DNA of 34,790 bases from Deltaproteobacteria bacterium (GTDB lineage: Bacteria; Myxococcota_A; UBA9160; SMWR01): positions 1-34,790 of the forward strand of contig JAFDAW010000017.1 of the NCBI GenBank assembly GCA_019313605.1, read 5' to 3'. The notes beneath the pieces are model-generated. The model saw only the letters and a program-made list of their open reading frames with translations. It had not been told where the DNA came from and ran no database searches. The number at the start of each line of letters is the position of its first letter. Positions within the stretch are counted from its first letter, which is position 1. Below are positions 1 to 8,838 of the stretch, in pieces. The position numbers were made by a program, and so were the translations under genes.

Positions 1-51
1 CCGACCATCGCAGCGGGTGAAATCGAAAGCGCATTCGCGCTTCTCGCCGAG

Positions 52-1248
52 ATGACCCGCGGCTTCGCGGAATCGCAGGATCTCGAGGCGACCCTCGAGC
101 AAGCACTGACCTCCGTCGCCAAACACCTAGACGCGGAGGCGGGCTCTCTTTGGCTGCTCGATCTCGAGCGCGAAGAACTGCACTGCCGGGCGTCCGTCGG
201 CCCCAATCCCATCACGGGTCTTCGTCTACCGATGACGAAGGGAATCATCGGTCGGAGCATCGCGGAGAACACCTGCCAGTGTGTGTTCGATGTCAGCAAG
301 GATCCGGCGTTTTCGACCAAGGCCGACGACGAGAGCGGGATGGTCACCCGCTCACTGTTATGCGCTCCGATGAGTTTTTCAGACCAACGGATCGGCGCGA
401 TCGAACTCATCAACCAGCGCGGTGGAGACGGCCACTTCCATCAAAAAGACGTCCATCCGCTGCAGGTTCTGGCATCGTCGGCCGCACTCGCGATTGCGAA
501 CAACCGCATGGCGGCGTCGCTCGTCGAGGCCGAAAGAGCCCGCCGCGAACTCGAGCTGGCGGCGGAGATCCAGCGCAATCTGCTTCCCACGGCGCGACCC
601 GATCCATTCCCCGTTCAGGGGCTGAACGTCCCCGCCCGAACGGTTTCCGGAGACTTCTTCGATTTCATTCCCATTGCGGACGGGCGTATCGGTTTTTGCC
701 TGGGCGACGTTTCGGGCAAGGGCATCAACGCTGCAATGCTGATGGCCAAGACCGCCAGCCTCTACCGATGCATGGTCAAGACGATCCCGAGCCCGGCCGA
801 ATTGCTTCGCCTACTCAACGATGAGATCTGCGAAACGGCCACGCGCGGCATGTTCGTCACGATGGCGGCGGGCGTCTACGATCCGACAACCGGCGCGATT
901 CGCCTCGCCAACGCGGGCCACGAACCGCCCGTCTGTCACACGGAAGGTCGCTTTTCGGTCTTCGAAGCCGGAGCGCCGCCACTCGGTATCGTACCGGGTG
1001 TCGAAATCCCGGAGGTGGAACTGGATTTGAACGGCGGCTCGCTCTACATCTTCTCGGACGGTCTCACGGAGGCCGAAACGAAATCGGGCGATCAACTCGG
1101 GAGCGCCGGATTCGAAGCGCTGCTGCCGAAATTCGCCGATCTGCCACTCGCGGGCCGCGTGGAGGCCATCGTGGACAGCGTCAGCCAGCTCGCGCTCAAA
1201 GACGATCTCACGCTGCTCGCAGTCTCAGACGAGGCGCGGTCTCGCTGA
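52..1248 (+). CDS. GAF-domain sensor fused to a PP2C/SpoIIE-type serine phosphatase (RsbU/RsbP-like)
   Basis: 398-aa ORF. N-terminal GAF-like region; C-terminal PP2C/SpoIIE hallmarks (AAEIQRNLLP, SGDFFDF, GDVSGKGINAAMLMA, ANAGHEPP, SDGLTEA, DDLTLL). The frame stays open back to base 1, so the true start may lie upstream of the window. Confidence 0.85.
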   Translation: MTRGFAESQDLEATLEQALTSVAKHLDAEAGSLWLLDLEREELHCRASVGPNPITGLRLPMTKGIIGRSIAENTCQCVFDVSKDPAFSTKADDESGMVTRSLLCAPMSFSDQRIGAIELINQRGGDGHFHQKDVHPLQVLASSAALAIANNRMAASLVEAERARRELELAAEIQRNLLPTARPDPFPVQGLNVPARTVSGDFFDFIPIADGRIGFCLGDVSGKGINAAMLMAKTASLYRCMVKTIPSPAELLRLLNDEICETATRGMFVTMAAGVYDPTTGAIRLANAGHEPPVCHTEGRFSVFEAGAPPLGIVPGVEIPEVELDLNGGSLYIFSDGLTEAETKSGDQLGSAGFEALLPKFADLPLAGRVEAIVDSVSQLALKDDLTLLAVSDEARSR

Positions 1249-1673
1249 TGTCCGAATCCCGCTCCAAACGGGTGTTACAGCTGCGTTTTGCGGCGCGGGC
1301 TGCGGAACTCAAAGGGGTCCGCGAAGCCGTGCGGGAGGCTGTGAAGGGCTGCGGGTGCAGCGCCAAATCCTCTGGGGACATCGTGCTCGCGACCGATGAA
1401 GCCTGCCAGAACATCATTCGCCACGCCTATGGCGGAGAGTCGGATGACGTCATCGAATTCGAGATCGAACACCGGGGCGACGTCTTGGTCTTCTCACTGG
1501 TCGATCACGCGCCCGCGATCGACCCGAGCCAGGTCAAGCCACGCGACCTCGACGACATTCGGCCCGGTGGGCTCGGTACCCACTTTATCCGCCGAGTCAT
1601 GGACGAAGTGGAGTTCCTGAATCCCCCCTCGGGACGCGGGAATCTGTTAAGAATGGTGCGACGAATCGACTGA
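1248..1673 (+). CDS. RsbW/SpoIIAB-like anti-sigma-type serine kinase (HATPase_c)
   Basis: 141 aa. N-box DEACQNIIRHAY, DHAP, G-box GGLGTHFI. The ATG overlaps the upstream stop (TGATG at 1246-1250). Confidence 0.8.
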   Translation: MSESRSKRVLQLRFAARAAELKGVREAVREAVKGCGCSAKSSGDIVLATDEACQNIIRHAYGGESDDVIEFEIEHRGDVLVFSLVDHAPAIDPSQVKPRDLDDIRPGGLGTHFIRRVMDEVEFLNPPSGRGNLLRMVRRID

Positions 1674-1696
1674 GGGCCCCACCTCGAGAGGAACTC

Positions 1697-2029
1697 ATGG
1701 AACACACAGTGAGAGAAGAGCAGGGAAACGTCGTCGTAAGTTTCAAAGGCGACGTAGATCTCGAGCACTCCCCCAAGGCGCGTGAAGTTCTCCTGGGGTG
1801 TGTGGAAGAGGGGCAAGACGTCTTCGTCGATCTCTCGGCGGTCAGCTATATCGACAGCTCCGGTGTCGCGAGCCTCGTCGAAGCCTTCCAGGCCTCCAAG
1901 AAAAAGGGCACGCGCTTCGCACTGGTTGCGGTGAACGCGGCCGCGATGCGGGTACTCGAACTCGCGCGGCTCGACAAGGTCTTTACGATTCACGAAAGCC
2001 TTTCCGAAGGAATCAGTGGCGGCGCCTGA
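1697..2029 (+). CDS. STAS-domain protein (anti-sigma-factor antagonist, SpoIIAA/RsbV-like; possible MlaB analogue)
   Basis: 110 aa. Conserved phosphorylatable motif SYIDSSGVASLVE (DSSG at residues 53-56). GAGAGGA Shine-Dalgarno upstream of the ATG. The 3' end overlaps the next gene by 14 nt. Confidence 0.85.
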   Translation: MEHTVREEQGNVVVSFKGDVDLEHSPKAREVLLGCVEEGQDVFVDLSAVSYIDSSGVASLVEAFQASKKKGTRFALVAVNAAAMRVLELARLDKVFTIHESLSEGISGGA

Positions 2030-2831
2030 TCAAAAGAGCTCGCCGACGCAGGTCCTCGAATCGGTGGGACGGGGTGCGGCCCAGTTCGCAGGCGCGTTCG
2101 GCTTCGGCGCCCATCTCTTCTTCCAATCCCTCTACTGGCTCATCATGGGTCGCAGCAAGGGCCAGCGGGTTCGCGCCGAGCCTCTCTTCGCCCAGATGAT
2201 GGTGATCGGAGTCCTGGCGATCCCGATCGTGTCGATGCTCTCCGTGGCGATCGGCATCACGCTCTCGATGCAGGGCATCAACTCCCTCGAAAAATTCGGC
2301 GCTCAACACCAGGTAGTTTTCATGGTCGCGCTCTCGGTCACTCGCGAGTTCGGACCCCTGATCACGGGGATTCTCGTCGCGGGCCGATCCGGCTCCGCAC
2401 TCGCTGCGCGCATCAGCACGATGGTGATCAGTCAGGAAATCGACGCGCTCAAGGTCATGGGCATCAACCCGGTCCGCTACCTCGTGGTGCCGGCCCTGAT
2501 CGGAATGATGATCGTACTTCCGTGTTTGACCTTGTGGTCGATCGGCATCTCGTTGGTTGGGTCAGCGTTTTACGTGGCGCCGCAGATCGGCACGACCATG
2601 GGGGCGTACTTCTCACAGATCAACGCGTCGATCGACGCCGAAGACCTCGCCCACGGCCTGACCAAGAGCCTGATCTTTGCCGTGTTGATCACGATCGTCG
2701 CCGTCGTCGATGGAATTTCCGTCAAGGGCGGCGCGGAAGGTGTCGGCCGCGTGACGACATCGGCTGTCGTTCACGGAATCACGGCAATCGTGTTGACGGA
2801 CATGGTCTTCGTATTCATGACGACGAGTTGA
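2016..2831 (+). CDS. MlaE-family ABC transporter permease
   Basis: 271 aa, multi-pass membrane protein with MlaE/Ttg2B-like sequence. GTG start preceded by GAAGGA. Sits directly upstream of the ATPase. Confidence 0.85.
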   Translation: MAAPDQKSSPTQVLESVGRGAAQFAGAFGFGAHLFFQSLYWLIMGRSKGQRVRAEPLFAQMMVIGVLAIPIVSMLSVAIGITLSMQGINSLEKFGAQHQVVFMVALSVTREFGPLITGILVAGRSGSALAARISTMVISQEIDALKVMGINPVRYLVVPALIGMMIVLPCLTLWSIGISLVGSAFYVAPQIGTTMGAYFSQINASIDAEDLAHGLTKSLIFAVLITIVAVVDGISVKGGAEGVGRVTTSAVVHGITAIVLTDMVFVFMTTS

Positions 2832-2832
2832 G

Positions 2833-3642
2833 ATGACACAAGCCCAGACCCCGCAGCAGCCCGTGATCGAGGTGAACAACCTCGTCACCCATTACGGCGA
2901 GCGCAAGATCCTCAATGATGTGAGCCTGACGATCCAACAGGGCGAGATCATGGTGATCATGGGCGGCAGCGGATCCGGCAAGAGCACCTTGCTCCGACAC
3001 ATGGTGGCGTTGGAAAACGCCACCTCGGGCTCGATCAGGCTGCTCGGAAACGAGCTGAGCAAACTCAGCCAGATGGAGTTCTACAAGCTGTGCCGGAAGA
3101 TCGGCGTTTCGTTTCAGGGTGGAGCGCTCTTCAGCTCGTTGACCGTGATCGAAAACATCATCCTGCCCCTTCACGAGCACACCGACCTCGACCGGATGAC
3201 GATGGAGATCATGGCGCGGATGAAACTCCAGGTCGTCGACCTCGCCCCGTTCGAAGATCTGATGCCCGCGCAACTCTCGGGCGGCATGATCAAACGAGCA
3301 GCCATCGCGCGAGCCATCGTGATGGATCCGTCGCTGCTATTCTTCGATGAACCCTCGGCGGGACTCGATCCGGTAGTCTCTTCTGCGCTCGACGAATTGA
3401 TCCTGGAATTGCGGGACGCCATGCAAATGACGATCGTCGTCGTAACCCACGAACTCGACAGTGCCTTCAAGATCGCAGATCGGATCACCGTGCTAGACAA
3501 GGGTGAGATCTTGATCGTCGGGACCGTCGACGAGGTGCGAAACAGCAACAATGAGCGGATCCAGAATCTTCTCAATCGGCGATTCGAGGAGGAAGAACTG
3601 GATCCAGATGAATATCTGAGGCGACTCATGGGCCAGAGTTAG
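2833..3642 (+). CDS. MlaF-like ABC transporter ATP-binding protein
   Basis: Walker A GGSGSGKST, signature LSGGMIKRAAIARA, Walker B LLFFDEPSAGLD, H-loop VTHEL. Starts 1 nt after the permease stop. Confidence 0.9.
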   Translation: MTQAQTPQQPVIEVNNLVTHYGERKILNDVSLTIQQGEIMVIMGGSGSGKSTLLRHMVALENATSGSIRLLGNELSKLSQMEFYKLCRKIGVSFQGGALFSSLTVIENIILPLHEHTDLDRMTMEIMARMKLQVVDLAPFEDLMPAQLSGGMIKRAAIARAIVMDPSLLFFDEPSAGLDPVVSSALDELILELRDAMQMTIVVVTHELDSAFKIADRITVLDKGEILIVGTVDEVRNSNNERIQNLLNRRFEEEELDPDEYLRRLMGQS

Positions 3643-3654
3643 GATTTCGAATCG

Positions 3655-4572
3655 ATGAAAGACGCCAATCGAAACTACGTTGCGGTGGGAGCTTTCGTGC
3701 TCTCGATGCTGGCTGCGGTCGTTTTGTGGTTCGCGGCCCTTTCGGGTCTAGCCGTATCCACGGACTCGTACTTCATCCTCTGGGACAACGTGATGGGTCT
3801 GAAGCCCGGCACCCAGATCCTGTTCGAGGGCTACCAGATCGGCTTGATCGAGAACATCGAACGCTCCCCGGAGGCGGATTCGGGTGGTCCAAATTACCGC
3901 GTCGAGATCGAAGTCGAGAAGGATTGGCCGATCCCCGTGAGCGCAGAGGCGGAGACGACCGCGCCGTCCTTTCTGGCTGCGCTCGTCGTCAACATCGAAG
4001 CCGGCGATTCGGACGAGATCCTCGCACCGGGAAGCGTGATTCGAAGCAAGGAGCAGGGAGATCTGCTCGCCGCAGCGAGCGACGCGATGTCGAAGATTTC
4101 GGAAGTGCTCGACTTCATGAAGCCCAGAATCGAAGAGATCACGAACTCCGTCGGCCTGGTCCTCAGCGAAGAGAATGCCGAGCAGATTCAATCCATGCTC
4201 GAGACGATGAACGCCCGGGTCAAAGAGATCCTCAGCGACGAGAACGCGGAGAACATCGGGGTCATCCTGACCAACCTCGGCAACGTAGCTCGGGACATGT
4301 CAGATGTGACCGGAGGCCTGCAGACTTCAAAGGCCCAGGTCGACAACATTCTCGCGACGATCGACGGATTGATCGACAGCAACAGCGGTGACATTGGGAA
4401 GTCGCTCGCCGATCTTCAGGCATCGCTCGAAGCTGTGTCGCGGCATATCGACGCCATCGCGAGCAACCTGGAGGACACGACTCGAAACACCAAGGAATTC
4501 AGCGAGCAGATCCGCAGCGATCCGAGTGTGCTGCTGCGGGGTCGCGATGCACCCGACGACGGTGCCAAATGA
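3655..4572 (+). CDS. MlaD/MCE-domain protein with long helical C-terminal extension
   Basis: 305 aa. N-terminal TM anchor, MCE-like core (LKPGTQILFEGYQIGLIENI), then an Ala/Leu/Asp/Ser-rich helical tail. Confidence 0.8.
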   Translation: MKDANRNYVAVGAFVLSMLAAVVLWFAALSGLAVSTDSYFILWDNVMGLKPGTQILFEGYQIGLIENIERSPEADSGGPNYRVEIEVEKDWPIPVSAEAETTAPSFLAALVVNIEAGDSDEILAPGSVIRSKEQGDLLAAASDAMSKISEVLDFMKPRIEEITNSVGLVLSEENAEQIQSMLETMNARVKEILSDENAENIGVILTNLGNVARDMSDVTGGLQTSKAQVDNILATIDGLIDSNSGDIGKSLADLQASLEAVSRHIDAIASNLEDTTRNTKEFSEQIRSDPSVLLRGRDAPDDGAK

Positions 4573-5186
4573 TGACGAATCGGATCTCGACGAATCGGAT
4601 AGGGCTGTTGCTCATCGGCGCGGGATGCTGGCTGATGCTCTGGGGTTGTGCGTCGGGGCCCGCCCCGATCGACCACTACTACCGCATCGACGCAGGGGTT
4701 CCGGACGCACCGGCTGCAAAGAAACTGGAGGGAAACCTGCAGATCGATCGATTGCGTGCGGATGCCCTCACCGGCAAACGCCAAATCCTCTACAAGGAGA
4801 CCGGAAACTCTTCGAAGATCCACCAGCATCCCTACCAGCGCTGGTCGGATCCGCCGACGATCCTGCTTCAGACGGAACTGGTTTCATTCTTGAGCGTTGC
4901 GGCGGCCGCTGATTCCGTGATATCGGCGACGGCCCGTGTGAAGGCCAACTACGCGGTATCTGGCCGCATTCGAGAATTCGAGCGGGTGCTCGGCCCCAAG
5001 GTGCACGTGATCGTGGAAATCCAGCTCGCCGCCACGAGTGCCGAAAGTGGCGAGATCCTCGTCAACCGCATCTACCGCGAGGAGCGAGACGCGGCAAGCG
5101 ACTCTGTCGAGGCCTCCGTGGTCGCGTTCAACGAAGCCGTACACATCATTTTCGAACAATTCCTCGCAGACCTGACCGGCCTCTGA
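4569..5186 (+). CDS. ABC-type transport auxiliary lipoprotein (PqiC/YmbA, DUF330-like)
   Basis: 205 aa. Lipobox LWGC after a hydrophobic signal, and a HYYRI motif right after the signal, typical of this family. ATGA overlap with the MCE gene. Confidence 0.7.
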   Translation: MMTNRISTNRIGLLLIGAGCWLMLWGCASGPAPIDHYYRIDAGVPDAPAAKKLEGNLQIDRLRADALTGKRQILYKETGNSSKIHQHPYQRWSDPPTILLQTELVSFLSVAAAADSVISATARVKANYAVSGRIREFERVLGPKVHVIVEIQLAATSAESGEILVNRIYREERDAASDSVEASVVAFNEAVHIIFEQFLADLTGL

Positions 5187-5257
5187 CCCCATAGCCCGCG
5201 CGGCGCGCAATGAACGGGGCAAGCCGCCTACGCGCTCTTTCGAGTTCCCTGTGCGCG

Positions 5258-5333
5258 CGTGAGGGGTGGGGCCGGGGGGCCTGTGCGCTCCAACCCCATG
5301 TCGCTTACAGGCCCCCCGGCCCCACCCCTCACG
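5258..5333. repeat. Perfect 27-bp inverted repeat (hairpin) with 22-nt loop, GTGAGGGG core
   Basis: 5258-5284 (CGTGAGGGGTGGGGCCGGGGGGCCTGT) is the exact reverse complement of 5307-5333. Intergenic, downstream of the mla-like operon. Confidence 0.9.
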
Positions 5334-5407
5334 GTCCGTTGCTGGTTGTTGGGTTTCGCGGTCCCATAACTGGTGCGCTAATGAGAACCCCCTTGCCAGC
5401 AACCGAT

Positions 5408-5486
5408 CCGGATGATCGGGGTGTGAGGGGCCTCCGCGCGGAATGGTTCACTGAGCACGGAGGCCCCTCACGCCGCGATCATCCGG
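5408..5486. repeat. 29-bp imperfect inverted repeat (hairpin) with 21-nt loop, GTGAGGGG core
   Basis: 5408-5436 pairs with 5458-5486 at 27 of 29 positions (one G.G mismatch, one T.G). Shares the GTGAGGGG...CCCCTCAC core with the 5258-5333 element. Confidence 0.85.
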
Positions 5487-5568
5487 CGCATACTGCCCGC
5501 TATGCGTTGAACAGGCCAATTTCTGGTAGCCTCTCGCGCCGAGTTCCAAGCACCCGAATGGAGAGTCC

Positions 5569-6102
5569 GTGGATCCCAACGAAGCACTTCTCACAATCGC
5601 CGAAATCGCAATCGCGACCATCGGCTTTGCTGGAATCATGTCGGCATTGCGGCCGAGCTCTTCCCATTCGGTGGACGCGATGCATCGACTGCGGCTTCGC
5701 CTGATGGTCGAAGCCAGTGCGAGCGTGATGATCTTCGCGTTTCTCCCCTTCGTACTCCAGGGACTGGTCGACAGCGAAAGCGTCTGGACTTTCGGAAGCG
5801 GGATTCTCGCCGTTACGTCCCCGCTGCTCGTGGGCAGTATCTACGTGCGGCAGCGGCGCCTCTTTGGCTCTGGGCTGATCCGCGAAACACTGCTCTTCGA
5901 CACCTTCGTCATGGCCAGTGCCGTGGTGGTCGAAATCGCCTTGATCGTGAACTGCCTCGGCATATTTTTCGAGTCTCACTTCTCCGCCTATCTACTGGGC
6001 GTGCTGTTTCCGCTCGCCGTGGCGGTCGCGATGTTCATCCGCGCCATTTTCGCAGCCGATGCACACGATCGCGGCGTTACCCCTTCGGACTCCGACGACT
6101 GA
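5569..6102 (+). CDS. Hypothetical integral membrane protein
   Basis: 177-aa ORF with GTG start preceded by GGAGAG. Several hydrophobic helices, GC-rich third codon positions. No recognisable family motif. Confidence 0.55.
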   Translation: MDPNEALLTIAEIAIATIGFAGIMSALRPSSSHSVDAMHRLRLRLMVEASASVMIFAFLPFVLQGLVDSESVWTFGSGILAVTSPLLVGSIYVRQRRLFGSGLIRETLLFDTFVMASAVVVEIALIVNCLGIFFESHFSAYLLGVLFPLAVAVAMFIRAIFAADAHDRGVTPSDSDD

Positions 6103-6184
6103 AGCTTCGATTCATGGATCAGCGCGACCGTCTTGATGCGCGCAAGATTCTGGATCGGGTTTGACGCGGACTTTTTTGAACGGG

Positions 6185-6658
6185 TTAGTAGGTGCCGGCG
6201 AGTTTCGAGTGGTCCCAGGAGATGATCCGGTTGGGGGTGACGCGGATCAGGATGCGCTTGAGGGCGGTTCTCTTTACGTCTTCGTTGATTACGGCGTGGG
6301 CTTCGGCGCCCGCTTCCGTGGTCTCTTTTTGGGATGCGGCTTCTAGTGTGGCGATAATGGCTTCGGTGTCATCGCTCAGTTCGGCGGTGCCGTAGATCAC
6401 CACGCCCTTGAGTTCCGCGTATTCGCGGCCGGATTCGACGAGCAAGCTGACGCGCGGATCGCGCTGCAGGTTCTTGATCTTCTGCGTTCCGCGGAAGGTC
6501 GCCATCGAGATCGCGAAATCATCGTCGGAGACGAACCACATCGGCATCGGGTGGGGCATGCCGTCCGGGCCAATGCTGTTCAAGATGATCGTCTTCTGGG
6601 CGCGCAGGAAAGTGCGGATTTCCGCGTCCGTCATGCGGATCTGATCGCGTCGGGGCAC
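6185..6658 (-). CDS. Pyridoxamine 5'-phosphate oxidase (PPOX) family / putative F420- or FMN-dependent protein
   Basis: 157 aa with the typical PPOX-family N-terminus (EIRTFLRAQKTIILNSIGPDGMPHPMPMWF). GTG start with GGAGAG Shine-Dalgarno. 27 nt downstream of the reductase gene. Confidence 0.7.
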   Translation of the reverse strand: MPRRDQIRMTDAEIRTFLRAQKTIILNSIGPDGMPHPMPMWFVSDDDFAISMATFRGTQKIKNLQRDPRVSLLVESGREYAELKGVVIYGTAELSDDTEAIIATLEAASQKETTEAGAEAHAVINEDVKRTALKRILIRVTPNRIISWDHSKLAGTY

Positions 6659-6685
6659 GTTCTCTCCGTTGGCCGCGCAGGGCCC

Positions 6686-7768
6686 TCAGTCGGGGTATTC
6701 GATCGTCACCTTGCCACTGACGCAGCGCGCCTGGCAAGTCAGCACCCAACCCTCTTTCAGCAAGCTCTTCGAGAGGCAATCGTTGACGTCCATCTTTACC
6801 TCTCCTGCCATCAGCTTTGCCATGCAGCAGGAGCAATACCCCTCTTCGCACGAGAAGGGGGCGTCGAGGCCCGCAGCCCGCACCGCCTCGAGAATCTTCT
6901 CGCCTTTCTTGTAGGGGATTTCTGTGGTTTCGCCGTCGAGAACGATCGTGATCGCCTCGGACGCGTAATCGCCACCCACTTCCGGGGCGGGCTCCTCGAC
7001 ATGCGACTCCGGATCGTGCGGCGACACGAAGCGCTCGACGTGAACGAGATCGTGGGCGACGTGCAACTCTCGAAGCGCCTCCTCAACGATGGCCATGAAG
7101 GGCCCGGGGCCACACAGATAGAACTCCGATTCCACGTCGGAGCCGACGTGGCGCTTGGCGCTGTCGAGATCCAGAAACCCGTCGACATCATCGTGGCAAT
7201 AGACGATCTCGAGTCGCTCGGGATGAGCGCGAGCGAGCTCATCGAGTTCGGCTTTGAAGATGACCGAACTCTCATCCCGGTTCGCGTAGAAGAGTTTCAT
7301 CGCGCGTTGGGAAGTGGCGAGTGCGGATTTGATGATCGAAATCACCGGCGTGATTCCGCTTCCCCCAGCGAACAGGATGATCTTCCGATCCGCTTCGTCG
7401 AGCACGAAAGAACCCGCCGGGGGAACCACCATCAGGAGCGTTCCCGGCTCGACGCCATCGTTCATCCAGTTCGAGATCCGACCGTCGCTGACACGCTTGA
7501 CGGTCACCTTGTACTCGCGATCGGCATCCGGAGAACTCGCCAACGAATAGCTGCGCGTCAGCACACAGCCCGCGTAGGGAATCTTGAAGCTCAAGAATTG
7601 ACCGGCTCGGTAGCGGAAGCGCTCAGTGAGTTCGGCTGGAATTTCAAACACGATCGAACGCGAGTCACTCGTCTCATCGATCACCCGCTTGACGCGGAGC
7701 TCTACGCAGGATGCAGTCGCATCTCGCCAATCGGCTGCCGAAACACCCGCTTGCTCGAAGTCCGTCAT
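6686..7768 (-). CDS. FNR-family oxidoreductase with C-terminal plant-type 2Fe-2S ferredoxin domain (PaaE / phthalate dioxygenase reductase-like)
   Basis: 360 aa. FAD motif RSYSLAS, NAD(P) motif LFAGGSGITP, 2Fe-2S cysteines CEEGYCSCCMAKL...LTCQARC. Confidence 0.85.
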   Translation of the reverse strand: MTDFEQAGVSAADWRDATASCVELRVKRVIDETSDSRSIVFEIPAELTERFRYRAGQFLSFKIPYAGCVLTRSYSLASSPDADREYKVTVKRVSDGRISNWMNDGVEPGTLLMVVPPAGSFVLDEADRKIILFAGGSGITPVISIIKSALATSQRAMKLFYANRDESSVIFKAELDELARAHPERLEIVYCHDDVDGFLDLDSAKRHVGSDVESEFYLCGPGPFMAIVEEALRELHVAHDLVHVERFVSPHDPESHVEEPAPEVGGDYASEAITIVLDGETTEIPYKKGEKILEAVRAAGLDAPFSCEEGYCSCCMAKLMAGEVKMDVNDCLSKSLLKEGWVLTCQARCVSGKVTIEYPD

Positions 7769-7920
7769 CGTCGGCGCGTGGCTCCCCGCTCGCTGTATCG
7801 CATATCGATGGATCCGCGGATTCTCGCTGACCCGCGCTGCACGCGAGCCGGGCAGGCTAGCGCAACCCCGCCGCGGAGCTCAAGAAATCCCCGCAGTCCC
7901 ACACGAGGCGAGCCGGAGCA

Positions 7921-8646
7921 TCAATCGGCGGGAACGTAGAGATCGACGACGGCGCCGTTTTCGAGTTGCCGCTCGAGCAACGACCAGATCTCTCGCGCAG
8001 CTTCCTCGGGATCGCGGCCCTGATCATTTTCGTGAATGCCGACAAACATCTCGATGCTCGGGAAGTCGTCACTCGACGCCTCACGAATCTCTCGCTGCAT
8101 CGCGGTCTCCACGATTCCCGGAGCAACCGCGAGCAATCGACAGCGGTCTCCTCGGCGGGCCTGCTCGGCACCGGCCGTTCGCACCCATTGATCCATCGCG
8201 GCCTTGCCCGCGCAGTACGCCGACCAACCTTCGAATACCGTAAACGCCGCACCGGAGCTGATCATCACGACGTGACACTCGACCTGGGTCTTGCGAGCGG
8301 CGTGCAGGAACGCATCCCCGAGTATCTGCGGCGATGCGCTGTCGAGCAGAACCTGTCTCGTGTATGCATCCGGTGGAACTTCGCCCGCAAAGCCGATCGG
8401 CTGGAGCGTCCCGGCCGAATGAATGAAGACAATGCGCTCGCCCGCGAAGTCTTTAATTTCCCTTGCAAAGAGATCCGCGACTCCGCGCCACGCTTCGGGA
8501 TCGGAGAGATCGGCCTCGAAGTGCTCGTATCCCTCCAGCTCGCGCCGGCTGATGTTGATGACGCGCGCGTCGGAGTAGGGAACAACCCGCGCCATCGCGG
8601 CGCCGATCCCGCTGGAACCGCCGGTAATGAAAACGAGGTTTGACAT
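7921..8646 (-). CDS. SDR-family NAD(P)-dependent oxidoreductase
   Basis: TGGSSGIG cofactor motif right after MSNLVFI; catalytic YCAGKAA (YxxxK). The ORF-track start at 8982 adds about 112 non-SDR residues, so ATG 8646 is preferred. Confidence 0.8.
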   Translation of the reverse strand: MSNLVFITGGSSGIGAAMARVVPYSDARVINISRRELEGYEHFEADLSDPEAWRGVADLFAREIKDFAGERIVFIHSAGTLQPIGFAGEVPPDAYTRQVLLDSASPQILGDAFLHAARKTQVECHVVMISSGAAFTVFEGWSAYCAGKAAMDQWVRTAGAEQARRGDRCRLLAVAPGIVETAMQREIREASSDDFPSIEMFVGIHENDQGRDPEEAAREIWSLLERQLENGAVVDLYVPAD

Positions 8647-8838
8647 CACGGCCGCAGTGTAGGAAAACCCGTTGTACGGCGAACCCATGGCCGATCCGTG
8701 CGAGAAGGCCCCGGGCGAGATAACCTCTGCCGGAGCGTGTGAGCCAGTCGCCCCCCGGATGCTTCGAGCGGCCCTCGGGTTCACAGCCCAACTCAACCCG
8801 AACCGCGGATGCACCGTGTGCAATGAGGTTTCGAGGCC

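Noticed and set aside
5258-5486. The long palindromes as integron attC sites or simple rho-independent terminators
   Set aside because: No integrase or GTTRRRY core sites nearby, and the arms are far more perfect than attC. No T-tract follows either stem on either strand.
6551-7939. 462-aa plus-strand ORF
   Set aside because: It lies antisense to the well-supported PPOX and FNR/2Fe-2S genes. Low-complexity Arg/His/Asp-rich translation with no recognisable domain.
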